Part shown: positions 24,940-36,900 of the stretch, piece by piece
Layout of the letters: each line of letters begins with the position of its first letter
Position numbering within the stretch: the stretch's first letter is position 1
Assembly: GCF_003918875.1 (NCBI RefSeq)
Contig: NW_025764899.1
Coordinates: 62,001-126,000 of the forward strand
DNA from: Haliotis rubra
Taxonomy: Eukaryota
DNA length: 64,000 nucleotides
Direction of reading: 5' to 3'
Notes under the pieces: model-generated
What the model was told of the DNA's origin: nothing
The model's input: the letters and a program-made list of their open reading frames with translations, nothing else
The model's database searches: none
Program-made: the position numbers and the translations under genes

Positions 24940-27900
24940 ACATTGCGCCTTATATATCATATGTAACTTTTGTCTTCCTGTTTTAGAAAATGCGGCTTCC
25001 TACCTTCCAAGGGCTTTAAAGCACTGGTCGTTCCAAGCCATTGCCAACGCCACCGTGGCTGTAGACACTTTCTTCACTCTCAGGTAAGCCCTGCTTAGAT
25101 CAGATCTTAGATCAGAACGGGCTCACTCGGGGTTGTTAAGTTGGACAGCTATCTGCATATCCCACTTAAGTCACATCATTTCCCACTTAAGTCACATCAT
25201 ACCTCAGGAAGGTCACATGATATCCCACTTAAGTCACGTCATATGTCAGGTAAGTTACATCATATCTCAAGTAAGTCACATCATATCCCAGGTAAGTCAC
25301 ATCATATCCCAGGTAAGTCACATCATAACGCAGGTAAGTCACATCATATCCCAGGTAAGTCACATCATATGTCAACAAGTAAGACACTTCGAGCTCCAAA
25401 GCACCTTCCTCATTTCAGTTCCCACTGCACTTAACAACCGATAAAAACATAATTACATACTGTCAGTATATCTTCATATAGCTAATAAATACTGATAGAA
25501 ACAGAGAATAGACAAACATCGCTATGTAGCTCGAAATGTCCTCGGCGCGGTTCATAAACTTCCATAACCTGGAAAAACGCAGGCCTTGCCTTTCTAAGCA
25601 CGTGATTGTTACTGTATCTCATGGTGCGTGGCAATAAACGCTGCCACCTACTTGAGTATTACGATAGTTTGGAAGACTTTAAGAGGTAGAAGCTCCTTCA
25701 TCTATTTATCGTATAATAGGATATCCCACCCTTTCATATGAAGCCTGGTTAACGTAACGAGCGTGCGGTAAACCTATGGTATCATGACGCGTTGCTCTTT
25801 GACTGATGGCATGATACAACAGACGGTCCACCATTTCACAGGGTGAGTGAGACTGTATTGTTGAACACATCAAAAGGTATATTATGTTAGCTTTGCATCA
25901 AAAGGTCTTATCATGTCAGTCTTTAATAGTATAACAGTAATTGTTCCATGCTGTATTCTGGCAGCGGTCTTCTGGTAGCTTACCTGGTGCTGAAGGAGCT
26001 GTCCCGCAACAAGGGCAAAATCAACTGGTTCATGTTCTACTTCCACAGATTCTGGAGGTAAGCACTGTACTATACAACACGTGAACCAATACGATTTTAC
26101 ACAGCTTTAGAAATATTTCGGCAATAGCGCGGCAGTGGACTCCAGAAATGGGTTTATACATTGTACCAAGGTATGGAACCGAAGGCTTTTAATCCAAGTT
26201 ATTCCACCCCATAGACTGTTAGATTAGTGTTCAGGCAACATGTTGACCTATGTCCTTGGTGGCAGGCTGACCCCTGCGTATATGCTGGTCATCATGGTGT
26301 ACGTCCCACTGTTCAATCACTGGGGAGAAGGACCACTGTGGCCTCAGGCCGGCATTGAACCTACCAACTGCAAACAATGGTGGGGCAACCTCCTCTACAT
26401 CAACAATATCCTCGACATAGAGAATCTGGTAAGGATATCTCAGTGGGTGTTTACTGCTCATCTTAATAGAAATACTTGAACATCGATTTGAAAAATTAGT
26501 ATTTTCCATTTTGTAGTGGAATTGTACTTACATGCTTATTGCGTTGTTTGAACTGGCTTGAGCCGGCGTCTGGTGATGTTTCAGTGCATGAACTAGTACT
26601 GACGTGCGTCTGGTGATGTTTCAGTGCATGAACTAGTACTGACGTGCGTCTGGTGATGTTTCAGTACATGAACTAGTACTGACGTGCGTCTGGTGATGTT
26701 TCAGTGCATGAACTAGTACTGACGTGCGTCTGGTGATGTTTCAGTACATGAACTAGTACTGACGTGCGTCTGGTGATGTTTCAGTGCATGAACTAGTAAT
26801 GACGTGCGTCTGGTGATATTTCAGTGCATGAACTAGTACTGACGTGCGTCTGGTGATGTTTCAGTGCATGAACTAGTACTGACGTGCGTCTGGTAATATT
26901 TCAGCGCATGATCTAGTACTGACGTGCGTCTGGTGCTATTTCAGTGCACGAACTAGTACTGGCGTGCGTCTGCTGATATTTCAATGCATGAACTAGTACT
27001 GCCGTGCGTCTGGTGCTATTTCAGTGCATGAACTAGTACTGACGTGCGTCTGCTGATATTTCAGTGCATGAACTAGTACTGACGTGCGTCTGATGATATT
27101 TCAATGCATGAACTAGTACTGATGTGCGTCTGGTGATATTTCAGTGCATGAACTAGTACTGACGTGCGTCTGCTGATATTTCAATGCATGAACTAGTACT
27201 GACGTGCGTCTGGTGATAATTCAGTGCATGAACTAGTCCTGACCTGCGTCTGGTGATATTTCAGTGCATGAACTAGTACTGACGTGCGTCTGCTGATATT
27301 TCAGTGCATGAACTAGTACTGACGTGCGTCTGCTGATATTTCAATGCATGAACTAGTACTGACGTGCGTCTGCTGATATTTCAATGCATGAACTAGTACT
27401 GCCGTGCGTCTGGTGATATTTCAGTGCATGAACTAGTACTGACGTGCGTCTGCTGATATTTCAGTGCATGAACTAGTCCTGACCTGCGTCTGGTGATATT
27501 TCAGTGCATGAACTAGTACTGCCGTGCGTCTGGTGATATTTCAGTGCATGAACTAGTACTGACGTGCGTCTGCTCATATATCAGTGCATGAACTAGTACT
27601 GACGTGCGTCTGGTGCTATTTCAGTGCATGAACTAGTACTGACTGGCGTCTGCTGATGCAGATGTTTCAGTGCATTAACTGGTTACGACATACCGGGACT
27701 GCTCGTATTTATTTAGCCCGTGGGCTTATCAACAAAACACATAACGTTTTTAAGCCCATGGGCGTAAATACGATTATGAAAATGGAGTGATCTCCCTTAC
27801 CGGATGATTACTGAAACGTGTTTACATGGAAAGTTTCAATCAATATTGCACACTTAGTGCTACTAGGGGATTTCATATTTACAAAACACGTTAGACATCT

Positions 27901-30900
27901 AAAATAGGTGAATTTTTGGACAGCCAAATTTTAATCTCAGTGCGATCATCTTAACCATTATGGCAAACACACTGTGTCTACTTCAAACCTTCTTGAAGGT
28001 TTTTTTTTCGTTTTTAAGCCCTGGGCTTAAGTTCAAGTCAAATGTTACCTTGTTAAAACAGGCAAAAATTGGTAATTAAGCCCTGGGTTTAAAGGCGTGC
28101 AGTCCCGGTACGTGTTTCGTGTTTCAGTGCATGAATTTGTACTGACGTGCGTCTGGCGATGTTTCAGTGTATGAGCTGAAACTGACTTGTGTCACGTGAT
28201 GCTTCGGTTATGTTTTAGCTACGTTTTCTTTCAGCGTATGACCTCGTCGTATTCTGGGTACCCGTGTGTAGCGTTATTTCTGTTATGCCTGCTGTGTTGT
28301 TCCAGTGCATGGGTTGGTCCTGGTACCTGTCGAACGACATGCAGTTCTACATCCTCAGCCCCCTCGTCTTCATGCCGTTCTTCCAGTAAGTCACATATAA
28401 CCCTGTGTCAAGTGTCTAGTGGAACTTAACTATGTATAACCCTTCCAGACACATGGGACTTACAAACAACTGGGTTTACGCGTTATACCAATGTAGGCAT
28501 TAAGACGAGCCAACATTTTGAAACCATTATATCGCCCGAATATGATTTAAGTTTTCATCAACTAACATCATCCCAAACATCAGTATAGTAAACACCAAAC
28601 TGCGTGTTCTAGTTCCTGGACGGCAGGGACTGCGTCGGCAATGACGTTCCTGCTGACGACGTTCATCACCTCCGGCATCACCTCCAAACATTACGGCCTC
28701 CCTGCCAGCATGTTAACCAACCCTGGGTGGGTAGCATTCCGAAGTCATTCCTATAATAGCTGAATGCGATTTGTACCGGTTTGTAATTACTGCTGGTTTA
28801 CAGGACGATGGGCCGAAACTAGATAACACTGATATAAAATACAAAATGCACCCCTACTATGTACCTTAATAAATATATTTAATAGAAGTGAAAACAATGA
28901 TTTAATGTTGATTACTTTGTAGATGTTTTTGTTAAAGGTGTGAACAAAACAATGATATGTGTCGTCCGTCAAAGTGATACAGCCATCTACTGGCTAATGC
29001 TTTTTGTCATTGCTCAAACTGATAGATGTATTCGGACCAAATATATTTGTCGTTGGTAAAAATAATAAAGATATATTCAGAACAACGATATATGACGTTG
29101 GTCAAAAAGATAAGACATATACAGAATAGTGTTAATTGTCTCTGGTCTGTGTGATAATGATATATATTGACCAAGCGTACGTCATTCAACTCATTGGTCA
29201 AACTGATACAGACATATACTACATATAATGTTATTTCCACGCAGTAAGACTCTGGTGTATATGGACAAATACTACTTCAAACCCTACACCCGTATCGGGC
29301 CCTACATCGTGGGTCTGTGGGTTGGCTACCTGCTCTACAAGACCGACTGCAAGTATAAAATGTCCAAGGTGAGTCAAAGTAGTCTGTAAGGCCCACGGAA
29401 CTGTACGATACTGCATGAAACTGGTGAAGAAAACAACAACACATTTTTCCGGCTCAAGATATTAAAATAATGAGAGATGTGTTTAGGCGGGTAAAAAATA
29501 CACTAAAACAAGGCAGAAAATGTTCACGGGCGAAGCCCATTTCTGGTGACGTGATATTGCTGGAATATTGCTAAAATCGGCGTAAAACTTAACTCACTCG
29601 TATGACAATCTCTCCTTCATGTCTGTATACACGTTGACGGCCATCAGGTGAAAAGATTACATATCTACACTCATCAGAGGATACAATCCTTGACTAGTCT
29701 CACACTTATCAACCCTGTACTTTGTCCCTTCCCATCCTCACATATTCACGCTTTCGCCGGCTTTAAGTAATGAAATACATTTGGTTATATTTGTGCGACA
29801 TATTTAAGCAAGATTCCATCACCGTTCTCGAAACAAGAGATCGAACACTTATTAAGTGAAGTACATGTGCTATTTTTCATAGGTAATGGTTGTCCGTGTT
29901 GGTCTGCGCCTGTGCGTTATTTGTTGCACACGTGTTGTTCGTTATATGGTGAGGTGAGGTCAAATTGGATTTAACGCTGTGCTTGAGAATATTTCGCTCA
30001 TATGACGACGTACATGCGTGTGTGTGTGTGTATGTGCGGCTGCTTGTACTAGCCCAGACTGAAGCTGGTTTTATAGTGCTAGCCCCCCTGAGATACCATG
30101 CCGCAGTGAAGCATGGATACCCTACTCAGACACATTATACTGACTCCGAGCCGATCAGTCCTTGTTGTACCGATTAATGCCGAGCGCCAGGCAGGGACCA
30201 ACAAGTACCATATTTTAACGTCTTTTGGTATGACGCGGTCGGGGATCGAACCCGCAACCTTCTGCTCTCCGGGCGGACGCTCTAACCACTACACCACGGA
30301 GGCGGTCTCGTTATACGGTTTTTGTCGTAGATGTTGCTGTGGGCTGTAGTTGTGTATGTTGTCTTAAACCTGTATGTAATGACCATGTTGTAAGCCATGC
30401 TTTGTCGGCTTGTACACATGTTGTTTGATGTATTCGCCGTTCATCAAGGGAACACCTAGCCTTAAAACTTATTGCACTTTGACAGATACATGTGTGCGTG
30501 CGTATGCTTGCTCTGCTATCTCTTCTACGTCCCACGTTTGGACGTGGGTGGAACCATCAGTCTTCTATTCTTCACGCAGACGTTCCTTGTATTAGATCAA
30601 TGAAGTCGTCTTGAGGACGTTTTGGTTTTGTATTGTGGGATTGTGTTTTAGATTTACAATATTTTGTACCGACCAAAATGGAGTTCACAGTGGTATTCAG
30701 TAACGTCATTACCGTTGTTACAGGCTGTAAATTTGTTAGGATGGGCCACAGCGACGGCCGTCTCCCTTGCGGTGTTGTATGGCCTTTACAACGATACCAA
30801 TGGACACCCTCTCACCGTCGACGAAGCCGCATTCTACAACGCCATGCACAGGACTGCTTGGGGAGGATGTGTAGCGTGGGTGGTGTTTGCATGTGCAACT

Positions 30901-32529
30901 GGGAATGGAGGTAGGGATCTCTCACTGGTGTTGTTCAAGGACAGCCTTGTCAAATGTTAAACAGCGACAGGACAACCATGGCTGTAAACGCTACGGTTAG
31001 AATGTCCCCAGCAACCTTTGGTAGAAGGCAGACATTGGGACTTGGATGATAGCGTGTCAATGCACCCTGGTGCTGTCGATTGTTTTTCATTGGATTGTCT
31101 GGTCTAATTGTTTCTCTCTGGATGGTCTGGTCCAAACTTATTTACTCAGTCCCCCACCATAAACCAGTAGTCGTGTGTGTGCCGTTAAACAACAAATACT
31201 CTGCCTGTGTTTAACTGAGCTTGGGATCGTTCTCAATGAATGTATCAAAACCTCTAAACGTGAACTTTGCCTGCCCCTTCTTGTTGGTAACATCATTCAT
31301 GTCCAAGTATCTATGTGTGGAGAGAAGCAAGTAATCTCAAACCCCGTCATGTTATGGCAATGTGGCAAAAGGAAGATTCGGGACACAAATTCATAGGATA
31401 TAGGCCATTCTGCTGATCAGCAAATCGTTACGTTAAATAGACAACAGTCTGGCTTATTTGTACACTTGTCTTTCAGGCTTCGTGAACACCCTGCTGTCCT
31501 GGCGTGCCCTCATCCCCTTGAGTCGTCTCACCTACACCTGCTACCTTGTCCACCCCGTCATGATGTACATCTACTACTACGGTCGACAGCAGCTCTATTC
31601 CTTCTCTACATTAGATGTGGTAAGTGGCATATGTGTGAAGCTTCTTGTGACAGTTGTGGGAAACACTTCAGTTGTTCTAAATCTTCTTGTGCTGTAGATA
31701 CCCGGATATTATCTGTTTTTCATATACCATCCACAAAAAGTAGGGGATACTAGATTTACAAGATTGATAAAATGCAAGTGATGAAGCCAAGGAGGAAACA
31801 GATGATGAAGAGAAATTAAGGGAAAATGTGACAATTTATTCCATTCCATTTGGAAATGTTTCATCTGTATGGATATTTGTTACTGTTCTCACATGCATTG
31901 GCATTGGCTAGTGGTATGCTCGCAAAATGGAGCATCTCCTACTTTTTTTTAATGGTATATAGCCGTGCTAGGCTCTCTTTCAGACACCTTGCCATGAAGG
32001 TTAGCTGCCTGTCCAACCCAGAATGAAGTAGTGTTCACTTAAGAACATTGTGAAGGGGGCATTTATTTCAGCGAACAATACCTTTAGCTGAAACAATTCA
32101 GTATCCTGATCATTGGACCGAAAACATGTAAACGACACCCCTTAAAAAGACCTTCGAAATGGATCACTGTAGGCAGCAATGTGTAACTAAGGAAAGAATC
32201 ACAAGTTTCATTCAGAAATTGCTTAAACAAACATGATTTCATTTCACATACTTCGACAAATAAACCTATTTTGGGGGGACAAAATATGGTAAAAAAGTAA
32301 TCAATACAATGTCTTAGCATGGAAATAAAACAACAATGACTCGGGTTCCAACATAAAAAAATCTTTGACTGAAGTGACGTAAAATTAATATTAAATTACT
32401 TTGTTTCAGATATGGACGTTCTTTGGCAACCTGACAGCTACCTACATCATAGCATATGTGACATCTCTTGCATTTGAGGCTCCGATGATGGGGCTGGAAA
32501 AGACCCTCCTCAAGAGAAAGAAATCATAG
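18848..32529 (+). CDS. nrf-6: Nose resistant to fluoxetine 6-like / O-acyltransferase-like protein (signal peptide + NRF domain + acyltransferase-3 multi-TM domain)
   Basis: 15 exons: 18848-19202, 20627-20817, 23028-23124, 23459-23549, 23817-24024, 24519-24686, 24987-25083, 25965-26057, 26266-26428, 28306-28385, 28613-28726, 29245-29368, 30724-30910, 31477-31619, 32410-32529. Family motifs MLDAAGKP..WVGSYWEC, IGVCFPSTCS, LLSFSVYTN, IHGIRFFSMTWVILGH, VDTFFTLSG, YFHRFWRLTPAY, CMGWSWYLSNDMQFY, YFKPYTRIGPY, PLSRLTYTCYLVHP, FEAPMMGLEK. One phase mismatch at exon 5/6. Confidence 0.93.
19665..20180. repeat. Degenerate ~24-bp tandem repeat in nrf-6 intron 1
   Basis: Unit gtgtctagacggaatgggttagtt. 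Confidence 0.88.
20925..22867. repeat. 24-bp minisatellite (about 80 copies) in nrf-6 intron 2
   Basis: Unit ctgtatactgagtctccagt(g/a)agg; source of the spurious LYTESPVR ORFs. Confidence 0.98.
24879..24939. repeat. (GT)n/(GCGT)n microsatellite
   Basis: Seen directly. Confidence 0.95.
25155..25390. repeat. 21-bp tandem repeat carrying CAG|GTAAGT
   Basis: Unit atcccaggtaagtcacatcat. Confidence 0.88.
26566..28190. repeat. 40-bp minisatellite (about 28 copies plus degenerate tail) mimicking the nrf-6 exon 10 acceptor
   Basis: Unit gcgtctggtgatgtttcag|tgcatgaactagtactgacgt, interrupted by a MITE at 27691-28110. Confidence 0.95.
27691..28110. mobile_element. MITE (TA target, Tc1/mariner-like)
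   Basis: Terminal inverted repeats taccgggactgc / gcagtcccggta. Confidence 0.8.
29950..30306 (-). mobile_element. tRNA-derived SINE (family C), full length
   Basis: tRNA-like head at the right end and (CCTCA)n tail at the left. Paralogous copies at 41460-41752 (-) and 46720-47068 (+). Confidence 0.9.
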
Positions 32530-32710
32530 CACCAGCACACCAAACTCCATCATATTAAATGAAATTACAGAGACATTTTGACCACAAGTGCAATGTTTTC
32601 CTCCTCACAAACACAAAGTATGTCTCCACATTTTCAGCAGATTAACATTTATCAATATTCATATCTAAGTGCTGTTTCTGCAAGACTGTGTACACCATGC
32701 TCCATATAAC

Positions 32711-32942
32711 CAGGGGTGGAAATAACTTTAAAATTGCTAGTGAGCTCCGGTACATTGGCACATGTAAAATCACTTGCACTGATAATTTTTCCACTATACT
32801 GATTGTTGATTTTTTAAATAAACAACATAATTAATATTGGAAAGTCAACTGGACACCGGTACAGTGTGATATACAAATTTGCTTGCCCAACCAAAAAAAA
32901 CACTGGACTCGGGCGTCGGGCAATGGGTTATTTCCACCCCTG
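32711..32942. mobile_element. hAT-like MITE
   Basis: TIR caggggtggaaataac / gttatttccacccctg. Confidence 0.7.
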
Positions 32943-33887
32943 ATAACGCTTCTTTACCTTGTTTGTAATGATCAAGTGCAATTCTCCCGTTATGCATTCT
33001 AAGTTGAATTGTAGTAAAGTAATTTCCTGTATTTTCCAATTACTGCATGCAAACTTGTATAAAGCATATTTATTCAACTTTAAGGAAGTTTCCTACACAT
33101 ACTCCTTGTTTTGGAAAATATTTGACAGTACAAGAAATGTCTTGTATTCAAATCAATCCAAGTAAATGCATCAACAAAAGACAAATACTGATTCCAAATA
33201 TATTCTTTTTTTCTCTCAACCACAGAGCTGTAATCACTAAACTCAGTTAGTTCATAATTTCATAATTTATGGCTTTGGGGTGGGTGTGTGTGTTTGGTGG
33301 CGATGATGATTTTAAGGGGGCACCAGTTTGTTCTGGGGAGGAAGGAGGGGGTCAGCAATTTTGTACACATGTACTAGGGGGATCAGCAATTTTGTACATA
33401 AAAATACTACAACATTATGCTTTAAAAATATGGGAAGGGGAGGGGTCATTGATTTTGTACATGATATGCAAGGAGGGTCACTTGCTTTGTACCTTAATTT
33501 TTATGGGGGGGGGTCACATTGTATATGCACATTGATAAAATCATCATCACCCCCCTTGCCATAAATTATGAACAGTCCTTTAGATTACTGTTGCACATTC
33601 ACACATACAGGATCCAAACACAAATACTCTCTAGCTTTGACTGAGATTGCACTAGCACTATTATTACTTGCTCCCAGGGTGATCAATCATCACAATTCAC
33701 TCAATAACACATCAGTTAATTGCAGATTACATTGGAAGTGTATTTAGGTTCGTTCTCCACGAGCGATCTGGTTCAACTACAGCATTGTGACAGCATGCTG
33801 TTGGTCCTGGGTTACTTCCACAGCAAGCTGTTAAGCTGTTATGGCCTACTTCCAGGGCCAAGCGTTGTGACCAGGCCCAGAAGCTAC

Positions 33888-33915
33888 TGCTGTTGCTGCT
33901 GCTGCTGCTGCTGCC
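33888..33915. repeat. (CTG/CAG)n microsatellite just 3' of the cyclophilin paralogue stop
   Basis: Seen directly. Confidence 0.9.
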
Positions 33916-33954
33916 AGATCTAACAAACTCATTCCCACCTAGAGTCACTTCCTG

Positions 33955-36900
33955 CTACTCCTCCTTCACCTCCCCACAGTCTTCTATAGAAACTCTCTTA
34001 GCTGGAGTGCCATTTCGGGAACCACAAGCCTGAAGAAGTAATTGTGAAAAAATATCTACCGGGTAGTTTACTAAATCAGTCTAAAGGAGCATGTCTTGAA
34101 TCAGCAAGTGTTGGGGTCATTGCAGAGTTCAGAAATATTCCAGCTACATTAAATGTCAACAGGAAGCATCAAAATATTTTTCCATATGTTCTCTACCTGC
34201 TCAAACCCAGATTATTAGAATGGCAACAAAACATCCATCAGACAATGATATATCTCCTTGGATACCTTTTGCCAATGAGATATATTGAACAGTCTGGAGA
34301 TATATTCCTGGATACTGAGTCAACTGTGAAGTCAGTTGATCATACCAGTTTGACTTGAAAAAACAGAACACATTTACTCAGGAATCTCCAAGTGAAATGG
34401 TAGAACAAATTCAGTGTGTATTGATATCTAAACATTTTGTTATTACAAGCTTAGAACTGGTGAGACCGATCAAAATAGAATGTCTTACCTCCATCTTCTT
34501 GACAGTGTCCATGCCATCAGTGACCTGACCAAACACAACATGCTTCCCATCTAGCCTGCAACACAGTAACATGACCAGGGATTTATCTAAGTTGCAAAAA
34601 CAAGACCCCTTGCAAAACTTCATTTATTTTATTCAAAATTGCAAAAACATCCATTCAGAAATCTTTTAACATCTGCATTACAGTCCATAATATAAGTCTA
34701 AGCATTTGTGTTATAATTCCAATTTGGTAATTGTTACTGATATTTGCTGCAGAATTGTGGCTGAAGAACAAGCTCTAAGCAGACCTAGATAAATCCCTTA
34801 TAACACAATAAATGCATGATGCTAAATGTCTCAGTCTGTACTTAGGTCACATGACCTGCTGTGAGGGTGCGAAGTTTCGTTCAGCAGTAACCCAGGGTTA
34901 CCTAGCATGAGATTGATGAACAGGTATACAGTACATGGGATACTTTGTAAATGTTAATGAACATCTGCTCTGTTAATGAATACAAAATGCATATGACATA
35001 AAATTGGTGGTATCATACCATTCTGTTTTTTCTGTGCAAATAAAGAACTGAGAGCCATTTGTGTTCGGTCCAGCATTAGCCATGGAGAGAATCCCTGCAA
35101 CGAATCATGACCAGCTATTACACATGATTACAAATCATTTCAAGTGGACTTTCTGTTCTCCACTATTCATTACTATATGCCTCTGTAAACATTGCATGCA
35201 CATAATTCAGTATATTCTGAAATTGTTTGAAGAGGAGAGGGGAGTTTGTATTTAATTCTGCAACTGTATATTTGTCAGGAATGACTAACATACTTTAGCA
35301 GGGGGTTACCTTTGTGTGTAGACTATACATACACGACTTCAAGTGACTCTTGCTTATCAACATAGCTACTTATACATGAAGAATACCTTATGTTTACTTT
35401 GTGTAGATTTGGATGTTCCTGACCAAATCGTAAGGTCAGGAAAATTTTACCTCTGATCCAAAAATAAATAATGGATGAATCTTATGTAATGTAATCCAGC
35501 AGTTCTCTCTATTGCATCAGGTGGGATGCTACAAGGTTAATATTTGCATCCATTTTCAGGTCTTATGTCTGTAAGATGCAATATTTTGCATCCAGTGAAA
35601 CCCTGCTTACAAGACAACTAGTACTGGGTTCCCGTCTCACCTGGTCCAGTGTGCTTCAGGTCAAAGTTCTCGTCAGCAAACTTTTCCCCGTAGATAGACT
35701 TCCCACCAGTACCATTATGTCTGGTAAAGTCTCCTCCCTGGCACATCTGACACGCAGATAAGGATCAGACACAGAGGCACATCAGACACACAAATACGGG
35801 TCAGTGAGTGAGTGAGTGAGTTGGGCTTCACACATTATGCCCATGTGGAGAATCGAACCCGGGTCTTCGGCGTGACGAGCGAACAAATACGGGTCAGACA
35901 CAGACACACTCCAGGCAGACACAAGGATCAGTCATGTGCACATTACAAAGACAGGTGCACACACACAAATAAGGATCAGACACAGAGGCACATCAGACAC
36001 ACAAATAAGGATACAAGGGGCACAGGTGTACATCTAACACACAGATAAGGATCACAAAGACAGGTGTACAGCTAACACACAGATAAGGATCACAAAGACA
36101 GGTGTACAGCTAACACACAGATAGATAAAAGACAGATCAACAACAGGCAGACAGGTGTCTAACACACAGGTAAGGATCACAAAGGCAGGTGTACATCCTA
36201 CAAAAGGCTAAGGATCAAAGCAATACAGGGGAACATTCAAGACACAGAGGCACAACTAATAAACAAATAAGGATCTGGGGATCTGAAAACCTTGACAGTT
36301 GGCATGCTTTATGCAATTAAAATGAAAAAAAATCAGTTGACTACAAGTGCATGCAAATCTAAAAACATAAACAAAATCATGACATATCCATTGTATTAAA
36401 ACTCTGGCATGTATTCATCAGATGATAGCTTGGTGATGTGTGGGTTCCTCTACCATTTCCTTTTTTTGGGAACACAAACACAAATTCACACATCGTTACT
36501 TCCAGGTCCCCATCATAGTCCCTTGGGGTGTTGGAGTAGCCAAGATTGTGCTTGTCACAGCCAAGGCCGAGGTTAGACTCCCCATATGGTACGTTTGCTG
36601 AGTACTTCTGGTGTCCCCTGCCAATACATCCCTGCTAATATTGATGACAGCTGTGCAACATAGCTTTAGTCATCTCTTTTGTAAGGCCTTAGTGCAGGGA
36701 GTGAGTTTGGTTTTACGTCGCTTTTAGCAATATTCCAGCAATATCACACATTGTATCCATGTGTGGATTGGGCGAACCACTAGGTCTTCTGCCTCCTTAG
36801 TGACAAATGGATGCTTCAACCACTAGACTACCCATCCGCCTCCTTAGTGCAGTGAAGCCAAAACGGATCAGACCAGACAATCCAAAGAAAATAACTCAGT

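Noticed and set aside
26566-27680. CRISPR-like array (also considered for 10965-12226 and 51802-53125)
   Set aside because: Head-to-tail repeats with no unique spacers, no cas genes, and a eukaryotic intron context.
33720-33948. Poly-Cys / poly-Ser ORFs
   Set aside because: Translation of a short CTG microsatellite in a 3' UTR.
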